IMG/VR virus record: IMGVR_UViG_2852501635_000002
Span: 1-64,000 of that record
Reading direction: 5' to 3' (one strand)
Length of the DNA stretch: 64,000 nucleotides
Origin: a virus
Taxonomy: Duplodnaviria; Caudoviricetes
This document shows positions 57,979 to 64,000 of the stretch, one piece after another; within the stretch, counting starts at the first letter, position 1, and every line of letters starts with the position of its first letter. The position numbers and the translations under genes were made by a program. The notes beneath the pieces are model-generated. The model made no database searches. It had not been told where the DNA came from and worked only from the letters and a program-made list of their open reading frames with translations.

Positions 57979-60695
57979 AGCCGATTGATGTTATCCGTGA
58001 GGTGAAGCTGAAAGCTAACGGACAATGGCAAGCTATATTATCTCACCTTGGGGCAGAAGTGCCCCTAAACACGCACACGGCTTGCCCTCATTGTGGTGGT
58101 AAAGACCGGTTTAGATTTGATAACAAGGACGGTAATGGCACGTTTATTTGTAATCAGTGCGGTTCTGGTGATGGATTAGATCTCGTTCAGCGTGTGTTAG
58201 GTGTCAGTGTAACCGAAGCTGCAAAAGAAGTTGCTAACATAATTGGTATTGATACCCGTTCAGCGTGTCCACCAGCCTACCGTCGTTCTGAGATAAAAGC
58301 ACAACAAGACGAACTGAAAGCGCAGCAAGCCGAAAAACAAGCTAACGAGAAGAGAGAGAAGCATAAACGCTTTATTGAACGGTATAACCGCACTATTGCC
58401 AATGTTCAACGTGGGAGATCTGACTATCTCAAGGCTAAGGGGCTGCATGGTTTTGAAATGGATTTATTACAGGACGGTTCTCTTATCATTCCATTATTGG
58501 ACGCTGGTGGCGTTATTACTGGCGCACAAACTATTAAGCCTAATGGTGATAAGCGTTTGCTGTCAGATAGCGCAAAGTCAGGCAGTTATTACCCCATCAA
58601 TGAGCCTGTAAACGTCTCTACGGTGATTATCGCTGAAGGATTAGCAACCGCCCTAACGTGTCACTTAATCCAACCAGAAGCGCACACAGTTGCGGCAATT
58701 GATGCGGGAAACCTCATTCATGTAGCTAAGGTAATGCGAGTTAAGTATCCAGAGAGCAAGATTATTATTGCTGGGGATAACGATATTAAGCCAGGCCAAG
58801 ACAATACAGGGAAATTAGCGGCAGAAAAGGCAGCTAAGGTGGTTAATGGTGTCGCTGTTTTACCCCCTACTGATGATAAAGCCGATTGGGATGACTACCG
58901 CCTATCACACGGTATTGATGCGGCAAGACAGGCATTTAATGAAATATTAGAGCAGCAAGGAGGCAAGGTGATGATAGAAACTAGGGTAAGCAATGAAGTC
59001 GTTAAACCTGACCCAATGAAGCCACGCATTGAATCACGTAAAGAGGGGGTATTTCTTGTTACACCGAAAGCCGACAAGGAAACAGGGGAAATCATCAATC
59101 ATGAGCAGTGGTTATCAAATGCTATCAAGCGGATCACTAAAGGTGTTAATGACCTCAATCAAGAGTATTTGATTATTGAGTGGGGGAATAACAATGTTCA
59201 GGCAATACCGACAGGCGATATAGGAGAGCGTGAAGGATGGCGCACATTAAAAAACGCGGGGTTATTTGTCACTACCAAATCAGGATTAAGACAGTCGTTT
59301 TCTGATTGGCTGTTACGTCAACCATTCAAAGAGGACTGGAGTATTACGAATAAATCAGGTTGGCACAAAGGCGCATATATCATGCCCGATGGTTCAATTA
59401 TCGGCACACCTGAACAACCGATATTTTTTAACGGACAAAGCGCAGCAGCAACTGCCTACAAAGCAAGTGGAACGGTGGAAAGCTGGCGAAATGATGTAGC
59501 GCGATTGGCTAACGGTAATAGTTTTATGATGTTTACGATTGGCGCCGCATTATCTGCACCGATGACGAGTCTTACGGGGGCTGACAGCTTTGGTATTCAC
59601 ATTTACGCTCAATCGACAGCAGGGAAAAGTACCACGGCAGATATGGCCGTGAGTTTATACGGTGATCCTGATTTACAGCGCTTAACATGGTATGGCACTG
59701 AATACGGTATGACTAACGAAGCTGTAGCGCACAATGACGGACTTTTGTATTTGGATGAAGTCGGACAAGGGGCAGACCCTAAACACGTCTACAAATCGGC
59801 TTACACGCTGTTTAATGGTAAAGGTAAGATCCAAGGTGCGAAGGAGGGCGGCAATAGGCAAGTTCAAAGCTGGCGGACAGTGGCCATTAGTACAGGAGAA
59901 AAGGATATTGAGACCTTTTTATTAAGTTCGGGTGTGAAAGTCAATGCAGGGCAGCTAGTACGATTACTCAACATCCCTATTGAACGCGCCACTGAACTAC
60001 ATGAATGTGAAACAGGGAAAGCCCACGCAGATTTAATTAAGATAAATTGCCGTTCTAGCTATGGGGCCGCAGGACGTTATTGGATTGAATATCTATCAAA
60101 TCATAAAGATGAAGCTAAAGAAGCCTATAGAACTGCACAACAACGCTGGAGTAAATTAATTCCGAGCAGTTACGGAGAACAAGTTCATCGAGCCAGTGAT
60201 CGATTCGCTACTATAGAAGCGGCTTTGATAATGGGCCGTGTGATTACTGGCTGGAATGAACAAGATTGTAAGGATGCTGTTCAAGCCGCGTTTAACGCTT
60301 GGATTGCTGAGTTCGGCACAGGTAATAAAGAGATTGAACAGATTAAAGATCAGACGATCGCTTTTTTAAGTACGTATGGAATGAGTCGATTTGCTCCATT
60401 GCCTTATGATGAGCAATCTTTACCTATCAGAGAACTTGCAGGGTACAGAGTTAAATCAAACACGCAGGATGAAGCGCCCATATTATTTTATACATTGCCA
60501 ACAGTATTTAAGAACGAGATAGCCAAAACGTTCAATACGGACACTTTCGCTGATGCCCTGCATAAACTAGGTATTTTAAAAAAGCCTTCCAATGGGAAAG
60601 GATATCAAGGCAGAACACCGCGTTTGAAACATTTAGGCAACATTCAGCAACGCGCCTATATTTTGATGCTTGTTCCTGATGAAGAGGAGGAGTGA
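57975..60695 (+). CDS. Primase-helicase (Zn ribbon, TOPRIM, DUF927)
   Basis: CPHCGGKDRFRFD; IAEGLATA; AGDND; STAGKST; LDEVG; STGE. Confidence 0.92.
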   Translation: MKPIDVIREVKLKANGQWQAILSHLGAEVPLNTHTACPHCGGKDRFRFDNKDGNGTFICNQCGSGDGLDLVQRVLGVSVTEAAKEVANIIGIDTRSACPPAYRRSEIKAQQDELKAQQAEKQANEKREKHKRFIERYNRTIANVQRGRSDYLKAKGLHGFEMDLLQDGSLIIPLLDAGGVITGAQTIKPNGDKRLLSDSAKSGSYYPINEPVNVSTVIIAEGLATALTCHLIQPEAHTVAAIDAGNLIHVAKVMRVKYPESKIIIAGDNDIKPGQDNTGKLAAEKAAKVVNGVAVLPPTDDKADWDDYRLSHGIDAARQAFNEILEQQGGKVMIETRVSNEVVKPDPMKPRIESRKEGVFLVTPKADKETGEIINHEQWLSNAIKRITKGVNDLNQEYLIIEWGNNNVQAIPTGDIGEREGWRTLKNAGLFVTTKSGLRQSFSDWLLRQPFKEDWSITNKSGWHKGAYIMPDGSIIGTPEQPIFFNGQSAAATAYKASGTVESWRNDVARLANGNSFMMFTIGAALSAPMTSLTGADSFGIHIYAQSTAGKSTTADMAVSLYGDPDLQRLTWYGTEYGMTNEAVAHNDGLLYLDEVGQGADPKHVYKSAYTLFNGKGKIQGAKEGGNRQVQSWRTVAISTGEKDIETFLLSSGVKVNAGQLVRLLNIPIERATELHECETGKAHADLIKINCRSSYGAAGRYWIEYLSNHKDEAKEAYRTAQQRWSKLIPSSYGEQVHRASDRFATIEAALIMGRVITGWNEQDCKDAVQAAFNAWIAEFGTGNKEIEQIKDQTIAFLSTYGMSRFAPLPYDEQSLPIRELAGYRVKSNTQDEAPILFYTLPTVFKNEIAKTFNTDTFADALHKLGILKKPSNGKGYQGRTPRLKHLGNIQQRAYILMLVPDEEEE

Positions 60696-60728
60696 TTTCT
60701 TTCACGTCAGGAAAAAACGCTAATTATG

Positions 60729-61104
60729 GTTGTCTCAGTTGTCTCAATAAGAGAATAGAAAAGATAACTTATTAATATTTATAGTTATTATGATTATTTT
60801 CTGAGACAACCCTGAGACAACATAAGCCCGTTTTGAGACAACCTAAGGCGTTTTTGAGACAACGCTGAAAAGTTTAGGTTAGCCCTTGGTTGGTTAAAAA
60901 AGTGGGTGAGACAACCGAATCAAAGGCTGAGACAACACGGTAATGAGAAAATAACCCTTAAAAATCAATTTATTGTAAAAATAAGGCGTGGGTAATCATG
61001 AGATTGAGACAACTCAAAATCATCAAGTTGTCTCAGAAAAAATATTTAATATAGCTTAATCAATAGGTTGTAAGTATTGAGACAACTGAGACAACTGAGA
61101 CAAC
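60729..61104. repeat. Iteron cluster, 13 x TGAGACAAC (10 forward, 3 inverted); putative satellite origin
   Basis: Exact 9-mers with irregular AT-rich spacers directly after the primase gene. Confidence 0.85.
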
Positions 61105-61150
61105 CCCTGATCGCGTATCTAATAAAAAGTTTTTTGAGGAAAAAGAAATA

Positions 61151-61605
61151 ATGGTCAGAGTGACTTTCTTATTAAGAAAAGATAACAATAATGTAACCCC
61201 CCCCCACCAGCAACGAACACACCAAAAAGCGCACGGACTAAAAGGTCACAGGAAGCCTCAAAGCAATCGAAGAAGAAAAATAAGGCAGATGCTCACGCTA
61301 AAAAGAAACAATACCGTATCGACCGTATAGCGAAGCACTGGACGATATTTAATGAACCAGAGGCTAAACCACTGATGATAGGCATCAAGGAAGTCATGAT
61401 TGCTGAGGTTAAAGATAAAGGGTTGGATATTCCAGAGAGCCATATTAAACAGGGATTACGATCATACATTAGTCGTAAAACCTATCTAAAAGCTCTTACT
61501 CTGGGCGGTAATCGTTTTGATATGAACGGGCGTCCTAAAGGAGAAATCACACCTCAACAACAAGCATTAGCAAAACAAATGCTGGTGGAATGGGCTAAAA
61601 AATAG
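61151..61605 (+). pseudogene. ProQ/FinO-domain gene frameshifted at a C9 tract (61197-61205)
   Basis: PLMIGI...YLKAL..GGNRFDMNG..GEIT; ATG with GAGG RBS is out of frame by 1 nt at the poly-C. Confidence 0.75.
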
Positions 61606-61679
61606 CAATGTAACAACCGCCAAAGCATAAACTGAGGTGATTATGTATAATTTGCCTTATCAACTAAAAGGATCACTAA

Positions 61680-62192
61680 ATGAAAAAAATCATGATAACG
61701 GCTCTATTGGCTTTATTTTTATCGGGATGTGATAACAACCCGCCAGCACCCTACGGGTTTAAGTGGGGGCAGACTGTGGCGGATATACAAAAATTAAATA
61801 TTGCTGGCGCTAGCGAGTGCAAAGACCCAGCTTGCTCTATTATGGTAACACCTAGCGGAGCACATGGATTAACAACATTAATTTTCTATAAAGATTCAGG
61901 ATTGGCACAAGTGGTACACTCAGAGCCACTGAACGAAACCAACAAAGATGATGTAATGGCAAGGTTTAATCATATTAGTAATGAGTTGAAATCAATTTAT
62001 GGTAATCCAACCAGTGAAATAATACGTATTGATGATGAGAATAACTTTATTGACTGTTTAAAACAAATTAGCTGTAGAGATATCAAGGCAGAATATAACA
62101 AAGATGGTTATCGGGCATTTATCTCAATAGGAACGAGAAAAAAAGACGGGAGATTATTCATTTTCACCGATCACCAAAGACCTCTAAAATAA
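61680..62192 (+). CDS. Lipoprotein
   Basis: LSGC lipobox; own terminator at about 62204-62228. Confidence 0.85.
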   Translation: MKKIMITALLALFLSGCDNNPPAPYGFKWGQTVADIQKLNIAGASECKDPACSIMVTPSGAHGLTTLIFYKDSGLAQVVHSEPLNETNKDDVMARFNHISNELKSIYGNPTSEIIRIDDENNFIDCLKQISCRDIKAEYNKDGYRAFISIGTRKKDGRLFIFTDHQRPLK

Positions 62193-62363
62193 GCTATACA
62201 AACAAGCCGACCTTGAGTCGGTTTTTTGTTCTTATAGCCCCTATCATATTAATTTTTATAGAAATCTCCCTGTTTTATAGTCGTTTGTATTAATCAATTA
62301 TTGATTATTTTTTAATCCATTATATAATTGTATTGTATATAATTACAGGTTGGATAAATAAAC

Positions 62364-62537
62364 ATGAGTAAGCAAAAAAGAACCTTCAAGCCAGTGTCAA
62401 TTGATAGTGAAATAATAGAACGCGTCAAAAAGTTTAAAGAAAAACAGGGTGAAAAAGATTTTTTCATTCAACGAGCACCTATTAGTCAATTAATTCAAGG
62501 GTTACTAATTAATGCCTTACATAACGAGGGATTCTAA
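62364..62537 (+). CDS. 57-aa possible ribbon-helix-helix protein
   Basis: Manual translation MSKQKRTFKPVSIDSEIIERVKKF...; stop overlaps the next ATG. Confidence 0.6.
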   Translation: MSKQKRTFKPVSIDSEIIERVKKFKEKQGEKDFFIQRAPISQLIQGLLINALHNEGF

Positions 62538-62878
62538 TGGAAAAATTACAACGGTTAGCAAGCACTATAGCCCAGATTTATGTTGATAATTTAAAAGCTG
62601 AAACAGGAGAAACATTAGTAACTTATAACGGTATCACAGGTAAAGTTACCCCTGAATTACTGGCCGCTGGATTGTTTGATAATGCGGTATTTGCGGTTAA
62701 AGCGGATGGAGAAGAGATTGACGTTGAAGGTAAGGCGTATGATTTACTATCCCCGTTAATTAACTTATCAACAAAGCCTTACTCCCTAACGGGACAGGCA
62801 TATAAATTGATTAATTTTCTCAATGTGCAGGCACTAAAAGCAGGAAGCACTTTATCAACCTTATCAGTTGTACATTAA
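62537..62878 (+). CDS. Hypothetical protein upstream of the TMP-like gene
   Basis: 113-aa coupled ORF. Confidence 0.7.
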   Translation: MEKLQRLASTIAQIYVDNLKAETGETLVTYNGITGKVTPELLAAGLFDNAVFAVKADGEEIDVEGKAYDLLSPLINLSTKPYSLTGQAYKLINFLNVQALKAGSTLSTLSVVH

Positions 62879-62894
62879 TCACAGGGAGAAAATT

Positions 62895-64000
62895 ATGTAT
62901 CATGGCGAAGGTTACACAGTATATGTAGATGCCGATACGGCCGGCCTTCTTGAGGCTAACCGTGAAATCGAAAAAGCAAGAAGAAAAATAAATGATTTAG
63001 GCAACGAAGCAAACACCACAAGCAAATCATTTACTCAATTCAATAAATCAGCAATCGCGGTTTCCAGTGCGTTAAAAATGCCTGAAATAAACCGCTTATC
63101 ACGTCAAATGAGTGAATTGGCGGGGCAAATTGGCGCTGCTTCAATGGCAACAGATAAGGCAACGACTGTTAACGCGCGTTTTACAGGTGTGATTAGCAAT
63201 GTGTCTGGGCTACTAGGGGCGGGATATGTTTCTAATATTGGTAGCGCTACTGTTTCGCTCTTGCAACATACTCAAGGGGCAATTAATGCCACACAAGCCG
63301 AGGTTTTACATACTCGCGCTATTCAAATGAAGGCTCAGGCATTGCAAGCTGCTGCCTCCCAAGAAGTGATTAACGCCAAAAATCTTAAAGCATCAACACA
63401 AGCAGAGCTAAAAGCAGCTCAGGCAGCGTTAGAACACGTTTATTCATTAGAAGGCTCTAATGATATCAAGCAGCGTAATTTAGAGTCACTTAGGGCACGA
63501 CAGGCAGCAGTGCTCAAGGATGCTGAAATAACTTATCAAATGACTGCGAGTGAAGAAAATTTGCAGCGAGTGACTAAAGCCAGTAATGCGCTACATGCTA
63601 CGGAAACTAAAATAAAAACGCATTTAGCTACAACCGGAAAAGAAATTGCGCTTGTTGAGGCTAGAGTCGCTAAAGCAAAAGAAGCAGAAACACTAGCAAC
63701 TCAAAAATTAAATGCGGCATTAGCATTAGAGCAAAAAGCGAAAGCCACACTAGCCACTACAACAGACGCGGTGACCGTAGCTAATGGTCGCGCAGCCCAA
63801 GCGGCTAGAAGTCAATCCATTGCTATGCAAGGATTGCGAGGTGTTGTGGGGTTATTAGGTGGCCCAACGGGTGTTTTTATGTTGGCTACTGCTGGCGTGT
63901 ATGCGCTATATAACGCGATGAATGATGACACCGCAACGAAAGAGTTTAATGACAGAGTAGATCAGTGGATTGATAAAATTGACGAACTGTCAGCCAAACA
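62895..64000 (+). CDS. Tape-measure-like protein (5' part; open to the window end)
   Basis: 368 codons without a stop; GGGAGA RBS; Ala-rich helical; GLLGGPTGVFMLATAGVYALY resembles the prophage TMP segment GFVGGPAGIAMAAGAAIMYFY. Confidence 0.75.
   Translation, partial: MYHGEGYTVYVDADTAGLLEANREIEKARRKINDLGNEANTTSKSFTQFNKSAIAVSSALKMPEINRLSRQMSELAGQIGAASMATDKATTVNARFTGVISNVSGLLGAGYVSNIGSATVSLLQHTQGAINATQAEVLHTRAIQMKAQALQAAASQEVINAKNLKASTQAELKAAQAALEHVYSLEGSNDIKQRNLESLRARQAAVLKDAEITYQMTASEENLQRVTKASNALHATETKIKTHLATTGKEIALVEARVAKAKEAETLATQKLNAALALEQKAKATLATTTDAVTVANGRAAQAARSQSIAMQGLRGVVGLLGGPTGVFMLATAGVYALYNAMNDDTATKEFNDRVDQWIDKIDELSAK

Larger units (their letters stand above)
50311..64000. mobile_element. 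PICI-like phage satellite (continues past the window end)
   Basis: P4-type int, alpA, C4/icd, DUF927 primase-helicase and iterons; no capsid or terminase genes within the window. Confidence 0.88.

Noticed and set aside
60729-61104. CRISPR array
   Set aside because: Repeats are only 9 bp, in mixed orientation and irregularly spaced, with no cas genes; an iteron origin fits better.
50311-64000. Classical P4 or capsid-forming PICI
   Set aside because: No sid/psu/delta, capsid, portal or terminase genes in the visible part; they cannot be excluded beyond 64000.

Overview
The window holds two adjacent mobile elements from an enterobacterium, probably Proteus/Morganellaceae (inferred from gene content and AT-richness). 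(1) 1-50310 is an apparently complete lambdoid siphovirus prophage. It has a DLP12 IntD-like integrase, recombination, cI/cro/cII, O/P, nin, Q, lysis, head and tail modules, an SGNH tailspike, a P22-like immI cassette and several morons. It ends in the duplicated 3' half of tRNA-Arg(UCU). (2) 50311->64000 is a PICI-like satellite with a P4-type integrase, alpA, a C4 RNA/icd module, a DUF927 primase-helicase, an iteron origin, a frameshifted ProQ/FinO gene and a tape-measure-like ORF that runs off the window. The strongest unexplained signal is a ~900-nt non-coding leader between the satellite int and alpA. It has a sigma70 promoter, at least 8 co-oriented boxA motifs (5 perfect GYTCTTTAANA) with varied hairpins including lambda-like and P22-like boxB, and a terminator-like hairpin just before alpA. 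This is a candidate multi-phage nut-site array that senses or sponges helper N/Nus antitermination (hypothesis). The neighbouring prophage has no recognisable N gene. It carries an HK022 putL-like antiterminator RNA, with an HNH-AP2 gene at the N position. Family assignments come from motif recognition and memory, not database searches.
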